From contig NW_026939229.1 in NCBI RefSeq assembly GCF_032062105.1, positions 1-64,000 on the forward strand: 64,000 nt of DNA. Direction: 5' to 3'. A program made the translations under genes and the position numbers. The DNA is from Saccostrea cucullata. Lineage: Eukaryota. Below are positions 38,620 to 52,803 of the stretch, one piece after another; positions within the stretch are counted from its first letter, which is position 1, and each line of letters starts with the position of its first letter. The notes under the pieces are model-generated. The model had not been told where the DNA came from. It saw only the letters and a program-made list of their open reading frames with translations, and searched no databases.

Positions 38620-41551
38620 TCTTTACAAAAAGACAGGTAAATAAGTTACCTTTTATATTTTTAAGAAATTAATATCAGTAATATGACATTAAAAATCTAT
38701 TCAGGAGTGTACTAGATCTATTAGTTTGGCTATAAACATTAAAAGTTATGATGAAGGTATTTTACAACAGTTAATGAGTTTCACAAATAACGTGTACACA
38801 AAGATGGTATCATTTAAGCAACATGATTTCTTAATACAATCTGCTCAATTATATTATAAACATGAGTTTTTTTATACAGATATTTTATCCAAACAGATTT
38901 ATAATTAACTTAAGTACTTTACCTGACTTTGAATTTTTTCTTCAAATGGCTGTCTGTATCGCAGCAAACTAAAATGGAAATACCCGGCAAATCTACTTAC
39001 GTTTTCTATTAATACATGAAGGCCATCTTTAAAATAAAAAGAGTTTTCCACTTAAGTATAGTAGCTTGGTCCCTTTTTTCGCCCTTATTTTACAGAAAAT
39101 GCTTGAGGATATGGTATAATTTTTATTTTCATGGTGTATAACATAGTATTTCTGATTAAGATTTAGTACAATCATTATTAACGACTTTGAGTATCAAGAA
39201 ACAAAAGCGAATTTGCAACACCTACCGCACATACACATTCCGGAACATTTTCTTTCGAACAGAGTACGGTTTCTCTATTACATACACATGGGCGGAGACA
39301 TTTAAATTAGGCACTATATAAAGGAAGACATGGTGAGCGTTAGCGTGAGATAAGAAAATGTACGGGTTAGAATAATATTCAATAAGCTTGAATTTTATTT
39401 TGCACTATTCGTATTCTTCTTAGTTTGCCGTGTTTGAGGGTTCTTCTTGTAGTTCTTGAGGTATTTTTGGTCTGAAAATCCCCAAAGCACATTTTTTTTA
39501 TTTCTAATCTATAAATGCATTTATCAAATATATTAACCACTATATTAATTTTCTTTCATATGGCAATTTAAAAAGTACAAGCAATCGAATAATAAGTTAC
39601 GGTAAACACACACAGAAATACACTCCCTTTCCTTTGTAAAGGGGAGCTGAGAAAAAATAAACAATAGACCTGAACAGAAGTTTGATAAAGCAAACGAAAA
39701 AGAGTAAATTCTTCCAAACTTGAAAAAAAATGATTATGTAGGAGTGGAAATCAAACTATTTCTCATTTTTATTTGAAAAATAAAACAACAATTTCAATGT
39801 GTTTAGTCATATCGTATCTGCCTGTAGGCGTAAGAACGTTTATAATTTTTTTTTGGGGGGGGGGGGAGGGGGTGAAGAACTAAAGATTTATCTTTGAAAA
39901 GAAGCGGTCACCCCTCCCCCTGATACTACATTTCTGACATGTATATTCATTTCTTAATTTCGCTCTAAATTCCGCAATGAATATTCCGATTTACTTATCG
40001 ATTATTATTTAGAATATACATGGTGTGTACAAATCGCGTAATATACATGTGTATAATCACTTCAAAAACAGTTGTTGGATAATAGAAACATAACAAGGAT
40101 TCTTAATAATAAATATCACAAGATTGGTAAATGAAATTCAAATTTAATATACATTCGAAGTCTTTTCCGAATTTATATGCACCCCTAAACCTGACAAGTG
40201 TATGGTTGCTTTGAATATTGAAATGGTCAGTACAGTGTATTTGTTTTAAATCTTTTTTATAGACTGGCTAAATGTGATGAAATTGTAGCGTCTATGGTAT
40301 TTTTTGCTTGTTTGTTTCTTTTTCGCTAGAAATTGAATAAATATGTATTTATTTAGGTAATACATCTACTCGTACATTATGATATTATACTTTCATGTAA
40401 ATTACTCGAATCTGATTCGTCGAGAAACATTTGATAAAAAACACTACTACCCGTTGAATAATGAAGCCACGCCCTCCTGCGTAGCAACAGTCAACATTGC
40501 TTGACAACGGGTGGCATTCCAAAACATAGCGACTGCGAGGAATTTATGCGCGCACGGCCCACTGTACTTTGTATTTTTATAAAACATTCAGTATAAAATA
40601 ATAAATATTGCATGTAGTTGAGTGTAACATTGAAAATTTTCACCCCTCGAAAACCATTGTCAACCTCGGCTGCGCCTCGGTTGACAATGGTTTTCTTGGG
40701 GTGAAAATTTTCGCAATGCCCAGGAAAATTGCGATTACATGTATGAGAATTAAAATATGTCCATGATAATCATAATTTGAAAAAAACTTTGTTTGTGATA
40801 TTCTTCGAAGTCTATAGAACCTTGTTTTGAATTATAAAAAATAAAAGCTGGTGACTGCACTTTTCAAATACGGGCTACATGTGTCGCTTCCTAGAGAAAA
40901 CACGCTTTCCGGAGGTATTTACCTGTGGCGGTATGGAATCACGTGACATATTATCTATTCTTAGCAGGTCAACAATAGGTTAATCTTATGTAAATGTACT
41001 CACCAAACAGATTCAAAAGCATGATACTTTTTAGTAGAAAACATAGAGCGCAATGTTGTTAACAAAGATATTTTCACACAATCTGTACAAATATGATATA
41101 CATATCATATTTTAATCTCGACTTTGAACAAATCTGCGCTCGATGTTTTTGAAAGCTGAGAAGTAGGTACTTGTCGAAAATTTCTTTTGATATTCATGAA
41201 AATCAAAGGACCCCACCTTCAAAACACAGCTTCGCGTGTTGTCTATTTCAATTATTTGACATTTTTAAACGTTGACGCAAATACTAGAGACATGAGAAAA
41301 TATTATAATTTACTTTTTAAGTTTTTTAATGAAAGATTAAAATTTGAAGAGTAACCCTGGACCCATATAATGCCTTATTGATGAGACTTCTTCTTTACGT
41401 TAGCACTCTCCCTACCGACTGACGTTATCTCTAAACATGTAGATAAAGATGCAGCAATTTAATTTACCCTACTTATAAGATCGGTTTGATTCTTATTTAG
41501 TCAAAAATAATATATATTCATTAATGTTTGCATTTTTTATCTAACTTCAAA

Positions 41552-41845
41552 ACTGTTCTCGGTAGTCTAGTGGTAGAGCATTCGCTTCGTGATTGGGATA
41601 CATGTATAGGCACGGGTTCGATTCTCGTTCGCGGCGCCGCGTCAAACCTAAGACGTAAAGATAGGTAGTGACTGCTTCTTCGCCAAGTGCTCGGCATCAG
41701 AAGTGTAAACAAAGGTTGTTTCGGATATGACCCTAAAACTCAGGTCCCGTGTCACAGTAGGCGCTGGCACGATAAAGAACCTACACTGCTCAATGGCCCT
41801 GAGTCCTGAGCTAAGGTCTAAATTTGAAGCCCTTCACCGGCATAC

Positions 41846-41876
<31 letters not shown>

Positions 41877-41914
41877 CAGAAGGACGTTAAACAATATAAA
41901 TCAATCCATTAACT
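41552..41914 (+). mobile_element. tRNA-derived SINE (bivalve Meta/Deu type)
   Basis: A box TAGTCTAGTGG, B box GGTTCGATTC, central GGCACGATAAAGAACC, (AATC)-type tail, TSD TAACTTCAAA at 41542 and 41915. Confidence 0.85.
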
Positions 41915-44404
41915 TAACTTCAAATGACATGATTAGTAAAGCGTGTTAAGTGTTGCATTATTATTGCGTTGAAAAGTGATTTGAAATAGCCCATCTATGT
42001 TTTATTCAATGACCAAACTACTTAAGGTTATAGAATTGGGTAAGTTGTAGGGTGGATTATGCAGGTTTGTTCAATTTCTTTCAGGAGTAAAAAAAATATA
42101 ATTTTTTTTTTCACGAACCACATGGCCAGAGAAGATGAAACTTATATGCTAGCTTTCTTTTACATAAGTGTGATTTTTTAAAGGTTTATACTGGACCAAA
42201 GGGAGAAGGGTGAGAGGTAACTAAAGGATCAAAGTTTATCAACGTTAATGGATTGTACACAGGAAGGGGCATTTCAAAACATTTTCAGCAGAACTATATC
42301 TACAATACCGAAGAATCAGGTATCAACTGGGAGTCGAACCCATGGCATCTGGCGTACAATATACGAGGGTTGTTCGAAAACGTCGTTGACTTCTGTCATA
42401 TGTATTTTTTTTTTATTTTATGGCATCCAAATTTGGTAGATATATTTTATCAAGAAATCGAAATGATTTGTATTAATTTAAATGAAATATCAGGATTTGT
42501 TCAAAACTTATCCTGATTTCAAAAATGCGAAAATCGGATCATAGAGCACGTCAACATTTAGTAAGTTACAAACAATTCACTAAATAATGTCTGTAAAATG
42601 TAGCAAAAACGAAAAACAACCTAGAAATTCAAATTAAGAATTGCTTTGTTGAAAAGAAATCTACTTGAGAAAAAGGTAGTCCTCATTAAAAACAACAACA
42701 CGATGACGTTTTAGAACGTCTAGGAGCAGGTAAAACAGTGTAACTTTGTGTTTTACGAGGGTTGTTCGATATGTATTGTGAATTGTACCACAGCGCGATA
42801 ACGCCTTGCACGATTTCGTCGATATTTATACGCCTGGATAACTGTATTCAATACCTTGCCAACAGTATAAACACGAGCCTTCAACTACACAGAAAATGGT
42901 GAAATGATGAGAAGCAGACCATCTCAATTTTCTCTCACAACAATCTAATTCATTTATCTTGAAAACGATGGATTTGTTTTTAAGTTCTATGTTAAAACAG
43001 TTTATTTTTCCGTTTCCCGTTTTATATCATACATAATGATTTGTGTGTATGGCAGTTTTGAAATTGGCGGCATCGGATATTTGCATTCTGCCCAGTGGTT
43101 CATCTACTTCAAAGTCACAGAGAACACGAAGCAAGTTAGGGAAAGAAAACCAAGTTAGACTGCCCCACATTCTGTGAACGCAATTATTTCAGGAGTGGTT
43201 TAAGTGACGACTGGATATAAAAGTGACTGTTTTCTGATGAATGGAGAAATATTGAAACCAAGACCAAACATTGAACAATAAAGGTATATCTACAATTATA
43301 TAATTATGTATATGTTACGATAAGTGTAATTAAGGTAGTGTCTTCAAATGAATTCTACCCTTAACTACAGTTCATGAGGATTTCGATCTTTGGTCAAGGT
43401 AGTTGCTTTCATTTTTCTCTCTGAACTCCCCTTTTAAAATTCAAGGCGTTAGTAATTAGTGTCTTAATTGCATAAGTCCTGTCTGAACTAATCTGAATGC
43501 AAAATCGTGATTAATGCAATAGTATATGATCTGGTTTTATATGAGAAAATTGACATCATCCTCAAATAAAATTATCTTGTCCTAGTTTGTCTAATTGTGT
43601 GTGTAGACTGGGGGTATATGTACGTGTTCTTTAGATAAATGAGAATTCCATACGAAAAACCAACGGAAAGACTATTTTTCGATTTTACAAAAATTGTGCA
43701 AGCACCACTGCTCGACTGTTGTGCACAACATGTAATCCGGCATGCCTGAAGAAATAAATGCCCATGGGTTTTGAAAAATTGAAAGTTTAAAAACAATTAT
43801 ATGAGATGATTTACGAGTCTAAAAATTTTATCAATAGGTTAACTATGGATTTGTTCTGAATATGGCGGAGAGATTTCTTTTGGACATGTTGGGAATGCAT
43901 TCAGCAAGTGTTCAATTGCATAAGCCATAAGGAAAGCATAGAAGTGGAGCTTTGGTCAAAGAAAGTAAATGTGATAGATGTGTTTGAAATCAAATTGTTC
44001 GACAATAATCAAGAGAGGGACTTGACTCCTTCTCCTTTTTCCTTCTCGGATATAGACTTGACAATACAGTTTTCAACGTTTCAAATACTTTGAATATTTT
44101 TTGTGACGTCAACATGATACTGCAGGCGCATTGAATCCCCTCCGCTCGTTGAATACGGCTTGAAATCAGTCAAAAAAAAACTGTATGCGATTGTATGGAT
44201 TATATGTTGTTTATTTATAGATTGAATAATAATGTATTACATCATTAATATATTGAGATAAAAATATCCCTCGGAAGTCTTTTTTTTCAATAAGATGTAA
44301 CATACATGTATGTTTTTTTTCCTGTAAAAAGTGTATATTGTATCCTCTTAACCCTCTGATGTTCTGCTGTTTTCTATATATAATGTTATTTTCTTACTGC
44401 GAAT

Positions 44405-46620
44405 AATGACTGTAAAATCTAGTATGTTAAAGATGGTTGCTCTGGCTTTAAAATACTGAATGTGCAATGAACCAATGTGAACTTAGAGAAAAAAATGACC
44501 CTGTAGACTTTTGCTATTTTCAAACTGTAAATGTTAGTAGGTAGCACTGTATCACTGATATTCTTTAGGATGAAATTTTCTCCGTAAACATGGTCAAATC
44601 AAAAAGGTATGTAAACGATGGTTGCTTTGGCTTTCAAATGTACAATGCACCGATGTCATTTTTGAGAGGAAATTTACTCTGTAGATTTTGTTAACTTGAA
44701 ACTGTTAACGTTTTATAGATATGTTGAAAACTGTACATGTGTATCAGTGCTATACTTTTGGGGGGGGGGGGGATTTACTCCGTAAAGTTAAGCTGTCGAA
44801 AGGACCCAATATACACTGTTTCAATGTCATGTTTGATAGGACATTTACTCTGTAGATTTTTGCTAATTTCAAATTGTAATTGTAGTAGTACAGACTGTAT
44901 GAGTGATAGTCTTTGGGAGGAAATTTACTCCGTAAAATCAACAAGCTATGTAAACGTTGGTTGCGTTGGCTTTCAAATACTGAATGTACATTGCACCAAT
45001 GTGAATTTAGAGAGGAAATTTACTCTGTAGATTTTTATTACCAAACTGTAATGTTAGTAGTGAACACTGTATCAGTGAAATTCTTTGGGAGGAAATTTAC
45101 CCTGTAAAGTTTTGTTATATAAAGGCTATTTGCTTTGCTTTTGAATTGACTAATGTATGTTTACTGTATGAATGTCATTTTGAGAGTAAATTTACTCTCT
45201 AGATTTTTGCTATTTTCAAATTGTAATGTGGTTGTGAACACTATATCAGTGACTCTCTTTGGGAGGAAATTTACTCCGTAAAATTTAGCTAGGTAAACGA
45301 TGGTGTCTTTGGCTTTGAAATACTGAATGTACAATGCACCGACGTGAATTTAGAGAGGAAATTTACTTTGTAGATTTTTGTTATTACCAAACTGTTATGT
45401 TAGTAGTGAACACTGTATCAGTGATAGTCTTTGGGAGGAAATTTACTCCGTAAAATCTAGCTGTGTAAACGATGGTTTATTTGGCATTGAAATACTGAAT
45501 GTACAATGCACCGACGTGAAGTTAGAGAGGAAATTTATTCTCTATATTTTTGTTAATAAAAAACTGTAATGTCAGTAGTGAACGCTGAATCAGTGAAATT
45601 CTTTTGGAGGAAATTTACTCCGTAAAGTCTTGTTGTATGAAGGATAGTCGCTTCTAAATTGACTACTGTATGTAACTGTATGAATATCATTTTGAGAGGA
45701 AATTTACTCTCTAGATTTTTGCTATTTACAAATTGTAATGTAGTTGTGAACACAATATCAGTGATAGTCTTTAGGAGGAAATTTACTCCGTAAAATCTAG
45801 CTGTGTAAACGATGGCTGCTTTGGCTTTAAAATACTGAATGTGCTATGAACCAATCTGAATATAGGGAGGAAATTTACTCGGTAGATTTTTGCTATTTTC
45901 AAATTGTAATTGTAGTGGTGAACACTGTATCAGTGATATTCTTTGGGAGGAAATTTACTCCGTAAAATCTAGCTATGTAAATGATGGTTGCTTTGGCATT
46001 GAAATACTGAATGTACAATGCACCAATGTGAATTTAGAGAGGAAGTTTACTCTGTAGATTTTTTGTTATTACCAAACTGCAATGTTAGTAGTTAACACTG
46101 CATCAGTGACATTCTTTGGGAGGAAATTTACCCCCTTAAATGTAGCTGTCTATTACACTGTATCATTGTCATTTTGAGAGGAAATTTACCCTGTAGATTT
46201 TTGCTTTTTTCAAACTGTAATGTTAGTAGTGAACACTGTACATGTATCAATGATATTCTTTGGGAGGAAATTTACACCCAAAAATGTAGCTGTCTATTAC
46301 ACTGTATCAATGTCATTTTTGAGAGAAAATTTACTCTGTAGATTTTTGCTATTTCTAAATTGTAATTGTTGTAGTGAATACTGTATCAGTGATATTCTTT
46401 GGGAGGAAATTTACTCCGTAAAATCTTGTAATATTAAGGATAGTCGCTTTTGAATTGAATACTGTATGTTAACTGTATCAATGTCATTTTTGAGAGGAAA
46501 TTTACCCTGTAGATTTTTGCCTTTTTTAAATTGTAATGTGGTAGTAAAAACTGTTTCAGTGATAGTTTTGGGAGGAAATTTACTCCGTAAAATCAAGCTA
46601 TGTGAACGATGGTTTGCGTT
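44405..46620. repeat. ~170-bp tandem satellite inside the mariner element
   Basis: ACTCCGTAAA recurs at 45445, 45616, 45785 and 45957. Each unit has two GAGGAAATTTACTC sub-repeats. Shorter ~140-bp variants follow 46130. Confidence 0.9.
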
Positions 46621-46791
46621 CATTAAACTTTTGATATTCGCACCAATAAATATCTTGTAAACTGTGTTATTTATTGAGTTTTGTCAATACCTAAGGGCAA
46701 AATGCTTAAAACAGAAAAAAAGATTTTCTGTTTTGATTTTGGAATGCGTTACATGGTTGTAAAATAATCGTCATTTCAATAGAGCCAGTCG

Positions 46792-47871
46792 TTGACCACT
46801 GTTGTAAAAATGATTGGGAAACAGGTTGAGAATATTGAAGAAATTAGAGCTTATATAAAAGTTCGCACAAAACTCGGAAATTCGGTAAAGCAGATTTTTA
46901 CTGAATTGGGGGAAGTTTATGGGTCTGATAAGGTATCTTATGAGACAGTTCGTAGGTGGAGACATAAATTTCTGACTGGCACAGAGTCCGTCAAAGATGC
47001 AGCAAAATCGGGTCGACCTGTGACTGTATCAGGCAAGACAAATGTCTCAAAAGTCAAGGAAATAATTGAAAGTGATGGCAGGTACACGATTCGTGATATT
47101 GCTAAAGCTGTTGGCATATCGCTATCGTGGGTGCATTTCATTTTGAAGCGTATTTTGTAAGTACGAAAGATTGTTGCCAGATGGATACCCCATATATTGA
47201 CAGATGACCAAAAAAAGGTACGAATACAAACAGCTAAGCGACTGCTAAAAATGTTTCCAAACTTCAATCAAAGACAATTTGCAAACAGTTACTGGTGTCG
47301 AAACATGTGTTCACTATTTCGAACCAGTAAGAAAAGTTGGAAACAAATTATGGCTAACCAAACACGGTAGAAGGCCTGTAGTTGCCAAAAGGACAATGAG
47401 CACAAAGAAGGTCCTTTATTGCATATTCTTCTCTTGTGATGGTTTAGCCTTACAAATTCCGGTGCCGAAGGGCAAAAGTGTTACAGGTCGGTATTACCGA
47501 GATGTTGTACTGAAAAAGCTCAAGAAATATTATCAGAAACGACGTCCTGTGTCGGGATTTAGGCATGTTCGCCTTCTTCATGATCACATACATCTGAGCT
47601 TGTGAAGCAATTTTTGAAGTCTGAGAAGGTTACCGTCTTGCCACACCCACCATACTCTCCGGATCTAGCACCATGCGACTTTTTCCTTTTTCCAAAACTT
47701 AAAAAGTTCCTATCTGGTCGTCGATACAAGTCCCGACAGGCCCTTGGCTCAGCCGTCAGTCAGTGCCTCAGAGGTATACCTAAATCAGCGTACCGTGACG
47801 CATTTCAGAAATGGATTCAGAGATTAAAATTGTGTATTTCAATTCACGGAGATTACTTTGAAGGGATGTAA
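46792..47871 (+). pseudogene. Mariner DD34D-type transposase, disrupted
   Basis: HTH region (IRAYIK..SGRP), RWIPHILT, TGVETCVHYFEP (catalytic D altered), LLHD and HPPYSPDLAPCDFFLFP. Stop at 47158 and frameshifts near 47279 and 47600. Confidence 0.92.
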
Positions 47872-50800
47872 TGTCCATTTGACTATTTGAATCGAATGCT
47901 TTTGAGATATCGTACAATACACAATACATGTCGAACAACCCTCGTACTCATGAAAAATTCTATAAAAACTCTAAAAATGTTGGAGGAATCAAACATATAT
48001 GTCACAAGCGAGTTTTGCATGCGTGTTCAAATGGTACAGGCAGTATTAGTGGAATGTTTCAAATTTATTTTTCTTTAATTATGAAAGCTGAAAACCTAGA
48101 TCCCACCCCCCCCAAAAAAAATCTGCTTCCGTAAATTGACTTGCTAGCGTTTGGGGAATATGGGTGATTTGCATCAATAACACTTTTATTGACTCCTTCG
48201 CTTTGGAAAAGGGGACGGGATTTCTTAGCGTGAATTATGAAAAATATTGTCTGTTTACATATTATATCTATGCCCCCGTAAACAAAGTATCGGGGATATA
48301 TAGTTTTTTACCTGTAATTGTCTGTCTGCTTATCTGCAAAAACTTTAACCTTGCCCATAACTTTTGACTGGGTGGGACGATGGCTTTCATATTTCATGAT
48401 CACAGGTGTATTTTTGTGACATTACCTTTCTTTTTGTACAACCAATCTTGACCTTGATTGTGGATTTTGACACACTTTTACACAAAAAATCCTAACTTTT
48501 ACTTTGGCCTTAACGTTTGGACGGTATGTGCTAGGACTTAAGAAATCGAAGTAATGACATTGTAGACTGTATTTGCAAGGTTAGTGTCTAAGTAAATCTC
48601 AAAAGAAAGAGATGTTACAATACGAATTTGTCAAGTGGCTATTGACTAAAAAGTGTTGAAAAAGGAAGTTTTTTAATGAATTTATATACTTGTCAAAATT
48701 TCTAAATCCCCACTTTTATTTTTTCAAATAATTAAAAATCTTAACATCAATTTACTAGTTGCTTACATATTTGCCTTTAATTTGCAATACTTACCTGTCA
48801 AGGTAAAAAAAAAATTGTAATCAAATGTGTAATTACTCGACCGTGACCGTTTTTGTTTAAAAGCATGAAGTTTGTTTTCCATATGTTTTTCGTGTGTATT
48901 CTTCATATTTTTTACTTCCATGTGTTCTCCATCTTTAATTGATAATGAAAAACACAAAAAAAGTTTAATTAGAATGTGGTGTATGTCAACACAACAATGT
49001 GCAAGTGAAGTTGAAATGGCCCAGGCTGGTCGTAGTTAACGAGAGTTCTGTTTCCTTTCACTGTATGACTTTATTTTACTTAAAACCTTTGAAATTACCA
49101 TCGGAAAAAACCTACAAAGCATACCTGGATTTCTTTTAATCATTAGAAATCGCTAGATTTTCAAAAAAAAACACCACAAAATCATCCTAGAATTTATCCG
49201 AAAAAATCAATGGAACCGGAACCGGAAGTGCCCTCCCCTCAATGTCAAACTGGAGGAGTGGGGAATTACATGTAAGAAGACATTATGTAACTGTTGTCGG
49301 CAAGCCACAGGCACTTTTGATAAGCCTTCTAGTCATCCTAATCTCAACCCTTATTAGCATGTATGGAGGAAGATAGACCGGAGTGTGAGACAGAATTTTC
49401 AGCAACAGAATCAAGCGGAACTAGAGAACGGCCTAGTCTCTACATGGAAAAACTTTCAATTAAAGAATTTTTCTTAAATAGCGTGAACTCTTTGAGGAAC
49501 TTTTGTCTTGCTGTGAATTCCTTTGAATGGAGGATAATGCAGTATTTAACTTTGTGAATTTTTAATTCTAGGGTGCATTAACATTTCTGCATTTTATGTT
49601 ATAGCGCTTCAATAAAACACATTAAGTGAGAAAACTTGTTTTGCTACTTTTTTATCCTGTATACTTATTAAACTGTACTGTTAAAATAATTCAGTATAAG
49701 AGCGGTGTAAAGTAAAATCATGCCTGGGGACTTAGAAATTTTGACTAGTATAGATATCTGTGAAGGTTGAACTATTATTCACTCAGATGTAAATTTTTGC
49801 CCGTTTCTGGGGAATATTTTATGTCATTATCAGAACGTTCTCAATGTATATAGCATTTTCAGTATATACAGGAAAAAGTGTATAGTACCTTATTTAAGGT
49901 AGTTATATGTTAAAAGTATGTACTAGAATTTTAAAGCACAATGCATACAGATATAAATTTAAGAGCTAAGGAAATGAATTTATATTGTAAAATTACGCTG
50001 CTTTTCTTAGTTCTATGCTTATGTTTTTGGATTTGTAAAAAAATTCTAAAAATAAATGATGTCAAATGGTTAAAAGTGCTAATTTCGGGGGCTTCCATAC
50101 AAGTTTCATTTATGGTTATCAGAAACATATCCTTTGAATGATAAAATGAACACCCAAATATATAATTCATAAATACTCCTCAATGAATTAATATTCATTG
50201 GATTCTGCAAGCAAAAAAAAATACCGATATATTGATTATAATGCTTTTAAGATATACGATCAAATATTCCATATAGTATGTTGGAAAGGAGTAGAGTACA
50301 TAAAGAAAACTCTCCTTACATTCCAAAGCATATTATCAAAAGACACAGATATAAGCTTTTATTTTATAAAAAAGTAGGAGGTCAAATTTCTATGGGGGTC
50401 ATTTTTCAACCTGTGTGGAGTCGTAGAATTACTGGTCTTGAATGTTTTTCTACACAGAAAAATGACCATCTGGTCAATATTCTACGGGGATCACTTTTCG
50501 TCGTTACACCGGCAAGTGGTGGTGTCTACATATGAGTGAAAAATTTTCGAGAGGAACTTAGACAATATACAATAATTTTTTTCTCTTTTTATCAAAATTA
50601 AACTTTCGACTTTTTTCTTTATCTTCCATATTGTTTTTACTTACAAAATCAAAGCAGTCACAAGAATGAAATGAGTATTAGTTGAAATTTGATAAATAAA
50701 CACAGAATATTGTTCTACAGCAAATAAAATTAAAAAATAAAATTAACATACATGAATGTTCAACATATACTAACATAAAAAAAGAACATCTTTATCATAT

Positions 50801-50934
50801 ATAATTATTAGAAGCTTAGGCTCACCAAAAAATAGGTTAAACAGATGATTCAAATATGTTTAGAAATATTTGACCGACCTAAGCATGCTAAGTGCGACTA
50901 GTACATTTTTCAGACCATTATAATGAAAGATTGT

Positions 50935-52803
50935 TTAAATATATGCTTGTATATCAATAAAATGTCCATGTAACTGTCTTTTAACCCATCTTTTTCTAAT
51001 ATCTGTAGCTTCCTGTATTCCATGGTAGGGTTCCTGTTAGAGCGACTCTTCGAAAGACTATAAATCCCCGTTTAATTTTCCCAGAACATGCAGACAGATA
51101 CCTAGTATCTGCCAGGATAGGTCTCTTAGTTCTAAAGGGACGCATCTCCCGTCATCATAGAACAGCAGTGTCTTAAGGACTGTCAGTGATTGTGTATATA
51201 AAAATCTATTACTTAGTCAATAGTGAGATAACAAAGACAACCTTCTACCAATAGAAAAGGTGATAAAAGTAAAAAGGGAAATCCATTTTTTTTGGATAAC
51301 ACTTTGTTCTAAACTTAATTCCTCAATACATGAAATATCAGATATTCTAATGCAATTGCATGGATTGCATTAGAATGGGAATAACCGATCTTCTAATATG
51401 GTATTTGCGACCATTAATGCTGGTTTAACGGTCGCAAACATCCGTTTTACCGGCTCCGCTTACGCGTCGCCGGTAAAACTCAGTTTGCGACCGTTAAATC
51501 AGCATTAACGGTCGCAAATACCACATTAGAAGATAGTTATTCCCTAACTCTCACATCCTCTACCCATGCTCCTTTCATCCTTTTAGACAAAGACAGAATA
51601 CCAACAGTATCATTGTATCTCTTTCTATCAATAGTATATTCATACATGTACATAATAAAGGTCTGTGACATTCTTTCTTTAGCTAGATAAGTTATATGTA
51701 TTGTTTCAGCATATCTTCCAGTCCCATAGAAATACAATGCTAAATATAGTGAATGAGACACGGGGCATAACTTTGCTGCAAGTTTTAGCTTGTAACAATC
51801 ATTCTATCTAAGATTAATACATTTTTAGGCGTGCTACATAAAGTATTACTTACCATTCGTAAGGCTAAATTTACGAGAATCCTGGAGGGACAGTATTGTA
51901 ATGTTAACAACTGGAATGCTGATAATGGTAATCGAGATAGTTTATTAATTTGAATCAAGTAGAGATAACAATCATATAGTTTTATAGAACGAAACGCGAG
52001 GATGAATTTCTCTCTGCCGCCACTCAAATCTATGTCTGTAATGTTCTCAGGAAAGGATAACACAAAGGACGGGCTACTAAGGGCTGGTTCTAAGATTGAT
52101 CTGAGAGTCGGACGCAGCAGTAAACAGGACACACCTATTCTGCAATACTGGTAAAGCTATTGTAAGAGAGATTCACGTGTAATTCCCACAACTTTGTTTT
52201 TGAACATGTTTTTTTGGAATAAAAAAGTTTGGAATCACGCCACGATAAACCGAATGAACAAGAAATTTGTAACATTTCCAAAAGCAATCCAGTTAATTGT
52301 TTGGGTGCCATGTAACGTTTTCAAATTGCATTATCCAGAACATTGTTGTCTTTGTTTGATATGAACACAGTACTGGCTCTTGTCTGTAATTTATAACTTC
52401 CTTCAAAAATATTTTCAGAAGACCGTAACATAGAAATTGTGCATGATTCGTGGTACACTAGTTGTTGTTCGGCTTGTGAAAATGACAACCTCCATTCTTA
52501 TTCGTTAGAGATCGATATCATTTTACTTCCAATTGGCACACAGTGGCATCCATTTCTTAGTATTTTTTTCTAACAGAGGTACAGGCGGCCAGCTTTGCCT
52601 CTGGCATCTTTCTACAAAACTACTTAGGAATTTTTCTGCAACAAATAGTGGCTAAACAAAAAGCATAATCATTTTCAATAGAATAAAAATAGCTATTTGT
52701 ACAAGGACCATGAATGGTGCAATTCGTGTTTAGGCTGCTGTACCTGAAAATGATAAAAGATATCCCTCCATGAAGAACTACATATATAAACCCCGCTATA
52801 AAG
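50935..52803 (-). pseudogene. cGLR paralogue C, 5'-deleted and disrupted
   Basis: Fragments TIHGPCTNSYFYSIENDYAFC, LRSILEPALSSPSF and LYLALYFYGTGRYAET match copy D. It has multiple stops and frameshifts, a 203-bp insertion at 51345-51547, and lacks the GS/DxD catalytic region. Its 3' flank (50590-50935) resembles 54480-54795. Confidence 0.9.
51345..51547. mobile_element. Double-hairpin foldback insertion in cGLR copy C
   Basis: Absent from copies B and D. Short hairpin 51345-51375 plus a ~168-bp palindrome 51377-51544. No clear TSD. Confidence 0.8.

Larger units (their letters stand above)
42756..47944 (+). mobile_element. 5.2-kb Tc1/mariner element carrying an internal satellite and a disrupted transposase
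   Basis: TIR CGAGGGTTGTTCGA(T/C)ATGTATTGTG(A/T)ATTGTAC at both ends, with TA duplications at 42754-42755 and 47945-47946. Confidence 0.9.
42364..48070 (+). mobile_element. Older degenerate mariner interrupted by the 5.2-kb element
   Basis: Second TA-CGAGGGTTGTTCGA end at 42362. Joining 42755 to 47947 restores a transposase-like N-terminus (LCVLLMKNSIKTLKMLEE). No right TIR found. Confidence 0.55.

Noticed and set aside
41557-41630. tRNA gene
   Set aside because: A and B boxes are present, but the cloverleaf is broken and it continues into a SINE body with a tail and TSD.
44737-46660. Cluster of short Cys-rich ORFs
   Set aside because: They are translations of the ~170-bp satellite.
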